64,000 nt of DNA from Acidobacteriota bacterium (GTDB taxonomy: Bacteria > Acidobacteriota > UBA6911 > RPQK01 > JAJDTT01). Shown here one piece after another: positions 22,298 to 31,935 of the stretch (the stretch's first letter is position 1; each line of letters opens with the position of its first letter). The DNA is taken from the NCBI GenBank assembly GCA_965217775.1, contig CBDCJH010000002.1:4768001-4832000 (forward strand), read 5' to 3'. A program made the translations under genes and the position numbers. The notes beneath the pieces were generated by a model that had not been told where the DNA came from, made no database searches, and worked only from the letters and a program-made list of their open reading frames with translations.

Positions 22298-23566
22298 CTA
22301 CGCGCCGACGATCTCGCCGATGTCGATCAGGTGCATCTGCCGGCCCTCGCCGGTGTGCGGCGAATCGATGACAACGCTGCGGCCGTCGGGGCTGAAACGT
22401 GGGTGCGTGTCCACCCGTCCCTCGCGCGTGTACTCCGGCGGCGAGAAGAACCGTCCCAGCGGGACCCGCCTGCCCGTGGCCACATGGTAAAGATACACAT
22501 GTTGCTTCCGGTGCTCGTCCGGATACGTGTCGTTCAGGATCCACTCGCCTCCCGGCAGGTAGGCACAGTGACCGTTTTCGGTCATGACACCCTCTCCGAC
22601 CATCTCGACTGCCCCCCCGGTCGCGTCTTCAAATAGATAGAACCCCCACGGTCTGGTTTCGGGCCGGGTCCAGGCGAGAATCGATTCCGGGTCCCTCCAG
22701 ATGAAGTGCGAAGTCAGACCGGAGGCATCGACGACACGGAGGTTCGAGCCGTCGCGGCTGGCGGTGAACATTCGCGTGGCGCCGGTGAACTTGGGAAATC
22801 CCCAGCGATGAAGAAAAATGAAACGGGCGCCGTCGGGACTGATCAACAGGTGGTTGAAGTAGCTCTTGGCTTTGGCCAATTCCACGCCCGGCATCGGAAT
22901 CTTGACGACTTGTTCGACCGAGATCAGCAACTCCTGGCGTCCGCTATCCAGGTCGACGCGGAAAATACCCGAAGCTTCGGGCGCCCCCACGCTGCGGTAG
23001 GGGTCCTCCAATCCAGGATAGCCGTAGGCCGGCCGCATGTCGCTGACGCGGCGATAGTCGGGCGCCACCGCCCATCCCCCGTCGGGGCTGACCGTATAGA
23101 CCGGATGGGGGATGGTTCGCTGTTGCCGCGTCTCGATGTCCAGGATGCGGCACACGAAGCGGTCTTGCTGGCGATCGTTCCAGAGGACTTCGGTCTTGGA
23201 GCCGGGCCGCCATTGGAGCATGCAGCCCTGCTGCCAACACCAGGCGCGGCTCTCTCCCAGTTGGATCCACCTGTCGCCGTCCTGAAGGTCGACCATCCCG
23301 ATCCTGATCACGTCGTCGGGTGTCGGTGAGCGGTGTTCAAAGTCGACTTCCATCCCCAGCACGAAGCGGCCGGTGGGGTCGAACTCCAGCTTGTCGTAGT
23401 ACCCGAACCAGTGATGTTCGGGACCGTGCGTGATGGCACGTACCGGGGGCAGTTTGCTTCGAGCACCCGCCATCGCGGGCCGAGGCAAAGCGGTGAGCGC
23501 CAACAGGGCAGGGGCCGTGGTCTTGAGCAGGTCTCGCCGTGTCAGAGTTGTATTTGGTTGACGCAT
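22298..23566 (-). CDS. Tat-exported beta-propeller protein (TolB / oligogalacturonate lyase-like)
   Basis: TRRDLLK Tat motif; HHWFGYYDK, QQGCMLQW, DTHPRFSPDG. Confidence 0.75.
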   Translation of the reverse strand: MRQPNTTLTRRDLLKTTAPALLALTALPRPAMAGARSKLPPVRAITHGPEHHWFGYYDKLEFDPTGRFVLGMEVDFEHRSPTPDDVIRIGMVDLQDGDRWIQLGESRAWCWQQGCMLQWRPGSKTEVLWNDRQQDRFVCRILDIETRQQRTIPHPVYTVSPDGGWAVAPDYRRVSDMRPAYGYPGLEDPYRSVGAPEASGIFRVDLDSGRQELLISVEQVVKIPMPGVELAKAKSYFNHLLISPDGARFIFLHRWGFPKFTGATRMFTASRDGSNLRVVDASGLTSHFIWRDPESILAWTRPETRPWGFYLFEDATGGAVEMVGEGVMTENGHCAYLPGGEWILNDTYPDEHRKQHVYLYHVATGRRVPLGRFFSPPEYTREGRVDTHPRFSPDGRSVVIDSPHTGEGRQMHLIDIGEIVGA

Positions 23567-23645
23567 GAGTCGACCCTTGAAGCTGCTACCGGGATGAACA
23601 GCCGATGCACAGCCAGGGAGCCACAAGAGTTCGCAGTTGGAAAAC

Positions 23646-23722
<77 letters not shown>

Positions 23723-23752
23723 AAACTTCCCAAAGTAAGGACTCCAGTTTAA

Positions 23753-23911
23753 CAGCCAGTGGCAAAAGTCGCACGGCATTCGACCGTCCCTGCATCCCGG
23801 CGGACTGCGTTGCGACTCGGCTCACATCCTCCCGGTATGCTCCCTCCGAAGCGCCTTGTCCGGCGGGCGCAGGAACGGTCTCGGTGCTCGCGGGACTTTC
23901 ACCACGGACTG
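23753..23911 (+). mobile_element. MITE family A, copy 1
   Basis: Imperfect TIR CAGCCAGTGGCAAAAGTC / GACTTTCACCACGGACTG with TTAA on both sides; near-identical to 26730-26889 and 39732-39889. Confidence 0.85.
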
Positions 23912-23942
23912 TTAACAGTCAACAGACCGCCGCGCGAATCGC

Positions 23943-24818
23943 CTATGTGGAGTTGGAGCCGGAAATGGCCTGTGCGACGACATCCAGGCATTGGAGCATG
24001 GCCGGGACCGGAGCTTCCTTGTCCCCTTCGAACTCCAGCGAGATGGGACCCAAAAACCCCAGACTCTGAAAGGTCTCGAAGGTCTTGACCACATCCAGCT
24101 TGCCCTGACCCAGGATCACGTCATTCTCTTCGGCGTCGAAGTCCTTGAGGTGGACTCCCAGGACCCGGCTCCCAAGGATCTCCAGAGCCGTCACCGGATC
24201 GACTCCGGCGCGGATGTAATGCCCCAGGTCGGCACAAGCGCCGATGCGCGGGTCGAGGGCACCCACCGCCTCCATGATCCACTCGGGCCGCCGCCAGCGC
24301 TCGTCCTCGGGACCGTGGTTGTGGATGGCGATCCGGATATCGTATTGGTCCACCAATTGTTCCAGGCTGGTGAAGGCCCTTTTCGCAGGATTCGCGCTGA
24401 GGACACGCACGCCAAGATTCCGGGCCAGGCGAAAGACAGCCTCGTTCTTCTCGTGTTCATCCGTGAAGCGTTCCACCCCGAATGCGTTCACGGTGATTCC
24501 CGCTTCCCGCAGTCGATCTCGAAATCGAACGATCTCTGCTTCGCCGCCGGCCTGCGGCAGGTGGCCTCTCCAAAGCTCCACGAAAGGTAGATTCAATCGT
24601 TTCGCCTGCCCGAGAAAGTCGTCGGTGGGCACGAAATGCCTGAGCGAGTAGCTCTGGAACCCCATTTCGTAGTTCCCGTAGCTGCGGTCCGGTTCCGGCT
24701 GTTCCGGGGAGTCCGCCGGCGGCGATGAACAGCCCGAAAAGCCGGTGGCCAGGCCGGCTCCGGCAATGCCCAGGGACAAGTGCATCCAATCTCTTCGGGT
24801 CAAGTGTTCCATTAGCAT
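23943..24818 (-). CDS. sugar phosphate isomerase/epimerase (xylose-isomerase-like TIM barrel), Tat signal
   Basis: TRRDWM, IAIHNHGP, DLGHY, HLKD, LEFE. Confidence 0.85.
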   Translation of the reverse strand: MLMEHLTRRDWMHLSLGIAGAGLATGFSGCSSPPADSPEQPEPDRSYGNYEMGFQSYSLRHFVPTDDFLGQAKRLNLPFVELWRGHLPQAGGEAEIVRFRDRLREAGITVNAFGVERFTDEHEKNEAVFRLARNLGVRVLSANPAKRAFTSLEQLVDQYDIRIAIHNHGPEDERWRRPEWIMEAVGALDPRIGACADLGHYIRAGVDPVTALEILGSRVLGVHLKDFDAEENDVILGQGKLDVVKTFETFQSLGFLGPISLEFEGDKEAPVPAMLQCLDVVAQAISGSNST

Positions 24819-24864
24819 GAGCGATTTCTCCTCCTGCCGAGCGATGGGCTGTTTCCGATCCTGG

Positions 24865-24902
24865 CAGCCTGCGCCGCAGAAATTGATCTACTGCGCAGAC
24901 TC
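24865..24902. mobile_element. internally deleted remnant of MITE family C
   Basis: CAGCCTGCGCCGCAGAAATTGATCTACTGCGCAGACTC matches the ends of 39341-39498. Confidence 0.6.
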
Positions 24903-25099
24903 CCAGTCTACTACGACATGAGGGGAGTATTGCAGCCCGTCAGCCCAGCCGAATCGGCCCGACGGAGAAATTTGGTTCCCCCGGAGGCACCGGCCCCGGG
25001 ACCGGGAACCCCGCTCCTTGATCTCGCCTTGAATTTCCGGTTACCTTGCCATGGAGCCCAGCGGGAACACCATCCCCCTGAGTTCGAGGAAACCGGAAT

Positions 25100-26167
25100 A
25101 TGGCGACTCCCGGAACCCGCCGGAGAGACCTGCTTCATCCCGAACGCATGGCGGCACTGGCCGCCGCCGCCCTGCCCCGCGTCCCTTCGGACCTCGAGGC
25201 CGTCCCGGACAAGCTGATCCGGGCGGGCCGGCCGGCCATGGCCTGCCGCTTCGAGATCTTCGTGTCGACCCGGCACCGGTCTCGAATCATGACGGTCCAC
25301 CGAGCCCTGGATCTGATCCAGGAGCTCGAAGGCCAGATGACCGTTTTTCGAGACGACAGCGAGATTGCCCACCTGAATCGCTACGCCTTCGAGCGACCGA
25401 TAGCTGCCGAGACCAGCCTCTTCGAGCTGCTGCGGCTGGGAGCGAGAATCTATCGGGAGACAGGCGGAGCCTTCGACCTGACGGCCGGTCCGCTTTGGAA
25501 GGTCTGGGGATTCTCCCGGCGCCAGGGCACCCTTCCCGATCCGGAGGCGGTCGAGGAGGCTCGAAGCCAAGTCGGATCCCGTTTCCTGGAATTGGACCCG
25601 TCCGCCGGAACCGTTCGCTTCCGGCGCCGCGGTCTGGAATTGAATCTGGGAGCGATCGGAAAGGGGTACGCGCTGGACCGCGCCGGCCGGCTGTTGAAGC
25701 AGGAAGGTACGAGCCGCGCCCTGCTCCACGCCGGCCACAGCAGCATTTTGGCCCTCGGGGAAGGCCCCGGAAGGGAATCGCCGCCGGGATGGAAGGTCGG
25801 CATCCGGGATCCATTGGGAAGGACCGGGCCCCTGGCCACCGTGGAGCTTCGCAATCGGGCCCTCTCCACCTCCGGCGTGGGCGAACAGTTCTTTCGGATC
25901 GGAAATAAACACTATGGCCATGTCCTGGATCCCCGGACCGGTCATCCGGTGGAGAAGAATCTGGCCGCCACGGCCCTGGCTCCGACGGCGGCGGAGGCGG
26001 ACGCCCTCTCCACGGCGTTCCTGGTCATGGACCTGGAAGATATTTTGTCGTACTGTCGTCGGCGCCGGGGCATAGGGGCCGTGGTGGTTGCCAAAGATCC
26101 CCGGGATGGGGCCGTTCAGGTCCATCACTGGGGCCTGGACGCCGATCATCTGGAGGTCTTCCGGTGA
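25100..26167 (+). CDS. apbE: FAD:protein FMN transferase (ApbE)
   Basis: GAFDLTAGPL, LNLGAIGKGYALD, STSG, HVLDPRTG, ADALSTA. Confidence 0.92.
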   Translation: MATPGTRRRDLLHPERMAALAAAALPRVPSDLEAVPDKLIRAGRPAMACRFEIFVSTRHRSRIMTVHRALDLIQELEGQMTVFRDDSEIAHLNRYAFERPIAAETSLFELLRLGARIYRETGGAFDLTAGPLWKVWGFSRRQGTLPDPEAVEEARSQVGSRFLELDPSAGTVRFRRRGLELNLGAIGKGYALDRAGRLLKQEGTSRALLHAGHSSILALGEGPGRESPPGWKVGIRDPLGRTGPLATVELRNRALSTSGVGEQFFRIGNKHYGHVLDPRTGHPVEKNLAATALAPTAAEADALSTAFLVMDLEDILSYCRRRRGIGAVVVAKDPRDGAVQVHHWGLDADHLEVFR

Positions 26168-26664
26168 ATCGTTTCGAACAACTCACTCCGATCCACAAGA
26201 TTCTGCTGCTGGTGCTTCGATTCTGCATCGGGTGGCACCTTTTCTACCAGGGGGTGGGCAAGTTCCTGGCCGTGAATTGGACCTCCCGAGGCTACCTCGA
26301 AAACTCAACGGGGCCTTTCTCCGGAATCTTCCATTGGATCGTCGAGAATCCTTCATTACTGGCCATGGCCGACGTCGGCACCAAGTGGGGACTCGTCATA
26401 TTGGGGCTGGGGCTGATGCTGGGACTGTTCACGCGCCTGTCCGCCTTGGGGGGATTCGCGTTGCTCATGTTGTTCTATCTGGCATCGCCGGCGCTGATGT
26501 CGGACGGCTTCGTGGTCCAGTCCGCCGTGGGGACCGAACTCTACGTCAACAAGACGTTGATCGAGGCCTTGGCCCTATCGCTGATTCTGGCCTTCCCCAC
26601 CGGTCAGATCGCCGGTCTGGACATACTGGTCCGTCATTGGAAGACCAACCGATTCAGCAGGTAG
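26164..26664 (+). CDS. DoxX-family membrane protein (DoxD-like)
   Basis: LRFCIGWHLFYQGVGK, LGLMLGLFTRL, YVNKTLIE; overlaps the apbE stop. Confidence 0.8.
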   Translation: MNRFEQLTPIHKILLLVLRFCIGWHLFYQGVGKFLAVNWTSRGYLENSTGPFSGIFHWIVENPSLLAMADVGTKWGLVILGLGLMLGLFTRLSALGGFALLMLFYLASPALMSDGFVVQSAVGTELYVNKTLIEALALSLILAFPTGQIAGLDILVRHWKTNRFSR

Positions 26665-26729
26665 CACCCGGGGAGAGCGACGGCTGCCGGCTGGAGCGAT
26701 CCGGGACAAACCGCCGACGGGATTGATAA

Positions 26730-26889
26730 CAGTCCGTGGTGAAAGTCGCGCGAGCACCGAGACCGTTCCTGCGCTCGCCGGACAAGGCGCTTCGGAGGGA
26801 GCATACCGGGAGTATGTGAGCCGAGTCGCAACGCAGTCCGCCGGGATGCAGGGACGGTCGAATGCCGTGACGACTTTTGCCACGGGCTG
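26730..26889 (-). mobile_element. MITE family A, copy 2 (inverted)
   Basis: Reverse complement of copy 1; flanks ATAA/TTAA. Confidence 0.85.
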
Positions 26890-26935
26890 TTAATATGGCG
26901 AAATCCGATCCAACCCGATCTCCATGGAGGTGGGT

Positions 26936-28210
26936 ATGTTGAACGACGAACAGAGAAAACTGGGACGCAGGAATTTCATCAAGGCCGTGGCCACGGTTCC
27001 ACCCACGGGGGCGCTGCTCTGGAAGACCTCCTCCGTGTGGCCGGTGAAGGCGGGCATCATCGGCATCGGGGGACAGGGCGGAGTGTTGATGGAGAACGCC
27101 CCGCCCAGCCACATGCGGATCTCGGCGGTCTGCGACATCTTTCCCCCCAATCGGGAGAAAGCTCTCAAAACCGCCCAAGAGCGATTCGATCCGGACGCCG
27201 TCGCCTATTCGGATCATCGCGAGCTCCTGAAACGTAGTGACATCGAAGCCGTCCTGATCGCGGCTCCCCTCTGGATGCACGAGCCGCTTGCCATCGACGC
27301 GCTCAACGCCGGCAAGCACGTCTTCACCGAAAAGGCCATGGCCCACAGCATCGAGGGTTGCCGCCGCATGATCGAAGCTGCCAATTCGGCGGGCCAGCAT
27401 CTCCAGGTGGGTCATCAGCGCAACTACAACCCCCTGTACCAGGAGGCGTACCAGCTCATCCGGGAGGGCGTCATCGGAGACGTCTACCACGTCCGCAGCC
27501 TCTGGCACCGGAACAAGAGCTGGAGGCGCCCGGTTCCCGAAACCGACTTCGATCCTTCCCCCTGGGGTTACCCGGACATGGAGCATTTGAGGAACTGGAG
27601 GCTCTACCGGAAGTACTCGTACGGACTCAACGCCGAGTTGGGAAGCCACCACCTGCAGGTCGTCAACTGGTTCACCGGCAAGCTTCCCAAGGCGGTCTAC
27701 GGCTCCGGCGGAATCTACGCCTACGACGACGGCCGCGAGGTGGAGGACCACATCTACGTCACCTACGAGTACCCGGGAGGGGTCACTTACACCTTCTCGT
27801 CCATACAGACCAACGCCTTCGATCACTTCTACGAGCAGTTCATGGGCACCGAAGGCACCATCATCCTCACCCGGGAGCGGGAAGCCATGCTCTTCTCGGA
27901 GCATGGGAAGGCAGCGGCGACCGAGCTCAAGACCCAGGCCATGGGAGACGCTCCTCTGCTGGAGGCTTCGGAAAGCCGGGCCCGGGATGCCGCCGGGTCC
28001 CAGGTCACGGGTGGAGGCAAGAGTGCGGCCTCCGCTCTGAGGGGGTACTCAAAAGAACTGGAAGGATTCTGCAGGACCATCCGCTACGGATCCGAGAATC
28101 TTTGCGACGGGCCGTCGGCCATGAACGTGTGCGTGCCCATGATCAAGGCCGGCGAGTCCATCAGTTCCGGCCGGAAGGTGGACATCCCCCGGAATCTTTA
28201 CTCGACTTGA
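26936..28210 (+). CDS. Tat-exported Gfo/Idh/MocA oxidoreductase
   Basis: GRRNFIK, GIGGQG, KHVFTEKAM, NWRLY, ELGSHH; GGAGG RBS before ATG 26936. Confidence 0.9.
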   Translation: MLNDEQRKLGRRNFIKAVATVPPTGALLWKTSSVWPVKAGIIGIGGQGGVLMENAPPSHMRISAVCDIFPPNREKALKTAQERFDPDAVAYSDHRELLKRSDIEAVLIAAPLWMHEPLAIDALNAGKHVFTEKAMAHSIEGCRRMIEAANSAGQHLQVGHQRNYNPLYQEAYQLIREGVIGDVYHVRSLWHRNKSWRRPVPETDFDPSPWGYPDMEHLRNWRLYRKYSYGLNAELGSHHLQVVNWFTGKLPKAVYGSGGIYAYDDGREVEDHIYVTYEYPGGVTYTFSSIQTNAFDHFYEQFMGTEGTIILTREREAMLFSEHGKAAATELKTQAMGDAPLLEASESRARDAAGSQVTGGGKSAASALRGYSKELEGFCRTIRYGSENLCDGPSAMNVCVPMIKAGESISSGRKVDIPRNLYST

Positions 28211-28247
28211 TCGATCAGGCGGTAGCTTCGGCTCGACCGGTGTACGG

Positions 28248-29417
28248 TCAACCGGAATTCGGCTGCAACTCGGAAATATCGACCCAGGATCGGCGTCGCC
28301 AGGACTCCCGCGCACACTCGGCCAACTGAACCCCCTTGGCTCCCTCCAGCAGGTTCCAGGGGAACGGCTCGTCGGCAAGTACATGGCGCAGGAACAGTTC
28401 CCACTGCGTCCGGAAGGGCCCGGACACAGGAGCGGGCCCGGGTGCGGGCGACCATGACTCCAGCCACGAGTGCGACTGCTCCAGATCCGGATTCCAGGTC
28501 ACCCGGGGGGTGGACCGGGCGAGTTGCACCCAACATTGGTTCAAGCCGCAGACGGCCGATCCCAGAGTTCCGTCGACCTGAAGCGTGAACAGGTCGTCCC
28601 GCCGCACTCGAACCGCCCAGGAACTGTTGAAGTGGGCGACCACGCCTCCCTCGAGTAGAAACGTCGCGTAGGCCGAGTCGTCGGCCGTGACCGCGTATTC
28701 CCGGCCCGCTTCGTTCCAACGCCGGCGAACGTGGGTGGCTCCCAGGCAGGAGACGGCGCGCACGCCGCCGAAAAGGTTCTCCAGCAGATACCTCCAGTGG
28801 GGAAACATGTCCAGGATGATGCTGCCGCCCTCTTCCTTGCGGTAGTTCCACGACGGCCGCTGCAAGGGGGGCTCCCGCCCGTCGAAGACCCAGTAGCCGA
28901 ACTCTCCCCGGACCGAAAGGATCCGGCCCAGACACCGGTCTCGCAACAACCGTCTCAAGTGAACGATTCCGGGCACCCAGAGCTTGTCCTGGACCACGCC
29001 GTGCTTGAGACCGCTCCCCTGGGCCATCCGGTAGAGCCGGTAGGCCTCGGCGCTGGTGGAGGCGGCCGGTTTCTCGCAGTAAACGTGCCGGCCCGCCTGC
29101 AGAGCCCGTTCCATCGACGCAGCCCGGAGCGGGGTGGTCTGAGCGTCGAAATAGATCTGGTTGGCGGGATCTTCCAAGGCCCGGTCCAACTGATCGGTCC
29201 AGGCCTCGACGCCGGTCTCCCGGGACAGCCGCTCCAGCTTGACCCGGTTCCGTCCCACCAGAACCGGCTCGGGAAGAATCCGTCCGATGCCGGGGATCTC
29301 CAATCCCCCGTCCCGCCGGATACTCAGGATGGACCGGCGCAGATGCTGATTGGCCCCCATGCGGCCGGTGACTCCGTTCATGATGACGCCGATCCGGAGG
29401 GGCGAGGCTGCGCACAT
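28248..29417 (-). CDS. Gfo/Idh/MocA oxidoreductase
   Basis: MNGVTGRMG, HVYCEKP, DMFPHW. Confidence 0.9.
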   Translation of the reverse strand: MCAASPLRIGVIMNGVTGRMGANQHLRRSILSIRRDGGLEIPGIGRILPEPVLVGRNRVKLERLSRETGVEAWTDQLDRALEDPANQIYFDAQTTPLRAASMERALQAGRHVYCEKPAASTSAEAYRLYRMAQGSGLKHGVVQDKLWVPGIVHLRRLLRDRCLGRILSVRGEFGYWVFDGREPPLQRPSWNYRKEEGGSIILDMFPHWRYLLENLFGGVRAVSCLGATHVRRRWNEAGREYAVTADDSAYATFLLEGGVVAHFNSSWAVRVRRDDLFTLQVDGTLGSAVCGLNQCWVQLARSTPRVTWNPDLEQSHSWLESWSPAPGPAPVSGPFRTQWELFLRHVLADEPFPWNLLEGAKGVQLAECARESWRRRSWVDISELQPNSG

Positions 29418-29426
29418 TTTCCAGCG

Positions 29427-29861
29427 TCAAACCTGTTGGGATCGGGCCCCTTCCGGCAATGCGGGCGCCTCGCGGCCGGCCCGGGGAAGGGTGCTCGTGA
29501 GCTCCTGGCGCCAGTGGGCCACGTCTCCGGCGGGACCGTAGCAGTAAATGAAAGTCAGGGGCTTTTTCCCCAGGTTGGTGAGCTGATGGTAAACGCCCGG
29601 CGGAATATAGACGACATCTCCCGAGTTCATGGTCTTCCGCTCCCGGCCCAGGCACATTTCGCCGGTCCCTTCCACCACATAGTAGATCTCCTCCTGCTCC
29701 TGATTGTGCCAGGGGACCTGGCCTCCATCCGGGTCCAGGACCACGGATCCCATGCAGAAGCTGGCAGTCTGAATGGGAGAAGGGCCACCCACCAGGTTCG
29801 TCGACTCGCGGCCGGCCGGGAAACGGCGAGAGCTCAACCGGTCGAGACTGGCAACGATCAT
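29427..29861 (-). CDS. cupin domain protein
   Basis: PWHNQEQEEIYY, IPPGVYHQL; GGAGGA RBS before ATG 29861. Confidence 0.85.
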   Translation of the reverse strand: MIVASLDRLSSRRFPAGRESTNLVGGPSPIQTASFCMGSVVLDPDGGQVPWHNQEQEEIYYVVEGTGEMCLGRERKTMNSGDVVYIPPGVYHQLTNLGKKPLTFIYCYGPAGDVAHWRQELTSTLPRAGREAPALPEGARSQQV

Positions 29862-29915
29862 CTGCTGCGTCCTCCAGGATGTTCGGCGGCTAACGACCCG
29901 ATCTTCCATGAAACT

Positions 29916-30110
29916 GAGGAAAGAGAAAAGAGGAAAGAGAAAAGAGTGAAGGCAGGCGGGTCGTTTACGCCCGGCGGACTCGGCAGGGGAGACGGTCTCG
30001 TCGATGACGCCGGAGCCGGATGAACTCGATGCCTGTTTCTCCTACGCGTCCGCCGGGCCGGGCCGGTGGGGGAGCTTTTCTCTTTCCTTTTTTCTCTTTC
30101 CTCTTTTCTC
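29916..30110. repeat. inverted arrays of GAG(G/A)AAA heptamers enclosing a GC hairpin
   Basis: Five heptamers at 29916-29950 and five complementary ones at 30076-30110; inner IR CCCGGCGGAC/GTCCGCCGGG. Confidence 0.75.
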
Positions 30111-30113
30111 ATC

Positions 30114-31664
30114 TCATCCGAAGGTCTTTTTCCAGAAACTCCGGTCCAGGGACCGGTACTGGATGGCCTCCGAGACATGGGAGGTCGTCAGTTCCGGTGA
30201 ACCCGCCAGGTCGGCGATGGTGCGCGCCATCTTGAGGATGCGATCATAGGCTCGAGCCGAAAATCCCAATCTGGGAAGGGCATCGTCGAACAGCCGCTTG
30301 ACGGTGGGACTCAGGGCGCAGTATCGCTGGATCTCCTCGGCGCCCATCTGAGCGTTGCAGAAAATCGAGGTCCCCGAGAAACGATCCCGTTGAACCTCCC
30401 GGCCCCGGGCGACCCGCTTGGCGATGGACCGTGAGGGCTCTCCCGAAGGCTGGGACGCCAAGTCGCGGTACGGAACCTCGGGGACCTCGACCTGCATGTC
30501 CATCCGATCCAGGAAAGGCCCCGAAATCCGGGTCAGATAGCGGTGGATCGCGACCGGCGAACAGACGCATTCCCGATGAAGACTGTTGGCATAGCCGCAG
30601 GGGCAAGGGTTCATGGCGGCCACCAGCATGAAGCGGGAGGGAAAGGTCAGGCTGCGGATGGCCCGGCTGATGGTGATTTCTCCGGCCTCGCAGGGTTGAC
30701 GAAGCGTTTCCAGCACTCGCCGCTGAAATTCGGGCAGCTCATCCAGAAAGAGGACGCCGTTGTGGGCCAGGGAGATCTCGCCGGGTCGAGGCGGGGATCC
30801 CCCACCCACCAGACCGGCTCCGCTGATGCTGTGGTGGGGAGAGCGAAAGGGTCGCCTCAACAGGATCGAGCGGCTCTTGCCCAGCAGTCCGCAGACACTG
30901 TGGACCGCGGTCGTCTCCAGGGACTCGGAGAAGCCCATGGGGGGAAGGATGGAGGGGATGCGCCGTGCCAGCATGGTCTTGCCGGCGCCGGGAGGTCCGA
31001 TCAGGAGCAGGTTGTGGCCCCCGCCGCAAGCCACCTCCAAGGCCCGTTTGGCCGCCTGTTGCGCCTTGACGTGAGAGAAATCGGGCAATCGGGATTTCGT
31101 TTCCGATGCTCCTGCGCCCGGGTCGATCTTGAGGGGGTCCTGGCGCCGGTCGCCGTTGAGGAGATCCAGAACCTGGGGCAGGCTGGCCGCGCAGTAGACG
31201 TCGATTTCCCGGACCGCCGCCGCCTCCCGGGCGTTCTCGGCAGGGAGCAGGAGTCGCTTGAACTTCCGCTTGACGGCTCCCAGGGCCACCGGCAGAGCAC
31301 CCCGAACGGGACGCACCCTTCCATCCAGAGACAACTCACCGAGAATCAGCCACTTCCGGAGCTCCCGTTCTTCCAGTTTTCCAGCCAGACCCAGGACCCC
31401 CAATGCGATGGGCAGGTCATAGCAGCTTCCTTCCTTCTTGAAGCCCGCCGGAGCCAGGTTGACGATGATGGTCACTTGGCGGGGAAAGGCGAAGCCGCAA
31501 TTGCAGATGGCGGCTCGCACTCTCTCCCCGCTCTCCTTGACCGCCGTGTCGGGCAAGCCGACGACGTGGTACCGGGACCGCATGCTCTGGGAGATGTCGA
31601 CCTCCACGTCGACGATCTCGGCCTGGATGCCCAACACGGAGGCACTGTGGACTTTCAGCAACAT
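30114..31664 (-). CDS. comM: YifB/ComM Mg-chelatase-like AAA ATPase
   Basis: VGLPDTAVKES, GPPGAGKTM, PFRSPHHS, AMNPCPCG. Confidence 0.92.
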   Translation of the reverse strand: MLLKVHSASVLGIQAEIVDVEVDISQSMRSRYHVVGLPDTAVKESGERVRAAICNCGFAFPRQVTIIVNLAPAGFKKEGSCYDLPIALGVLGLAGKLEERELRKWLILGELSLDGRVRPVRGALPVALGAVKRKFKRLLLPAENAREAAAVREIDVYCAASLPQVLDLLNGDRRQDPLKIDPGAGASETKSRLPDFSHVKAQQAAKRALEVACGGGHNLLLIGPPGAGKTMLARRIPSILPPMGFSESLETTAVHSVCGLLGKSRSILLRRPFRSPHHSISGAGLVGGGSPPRPGEISLAHNGVLFLDELPEFQRRVLETLRQPCEAGEITISRAIRSLTFPSRFMLVAAMNPCPCGYANSLHRECVCSPVAIHRYLTRISGPFLDRMDMQVEVPEVPYRDLASQPSGEPSRSIAKRVARGREVQRDRFSGTSIFCNAQMGAEEIQRYCALSPTVKRLFDDALPRLGFSARAYDRILKMARTIADLAGSPELTTSHVSEAIQYRSLDRSFWKKTFG

Positions 31665-31935
31665 TTCCCGGAGCTCCCGTGAATTCGCAGGGTCGCCGCC
31701 CGGGGCGGCAGCTTCTCTGCTCACCGCTCGGCAGGCCCAATGCCGGCCTCTCTTGGCGGACACCAACAGCTTGTTAACGTCCTGCTGAGGAAAAATGCGA
31801 AGTCGAATCCCGCGTCCGGCGCGGGAACGGGACCGGAGTCCAGTGGAGTTTGCGGTTCCGGGGTATACTCCTGTTTTTCCAGGATGTCCGGAACGATCCG
31901 GCGAGAAATTCGGGCCGGAGACTGAGAGCGGATCC

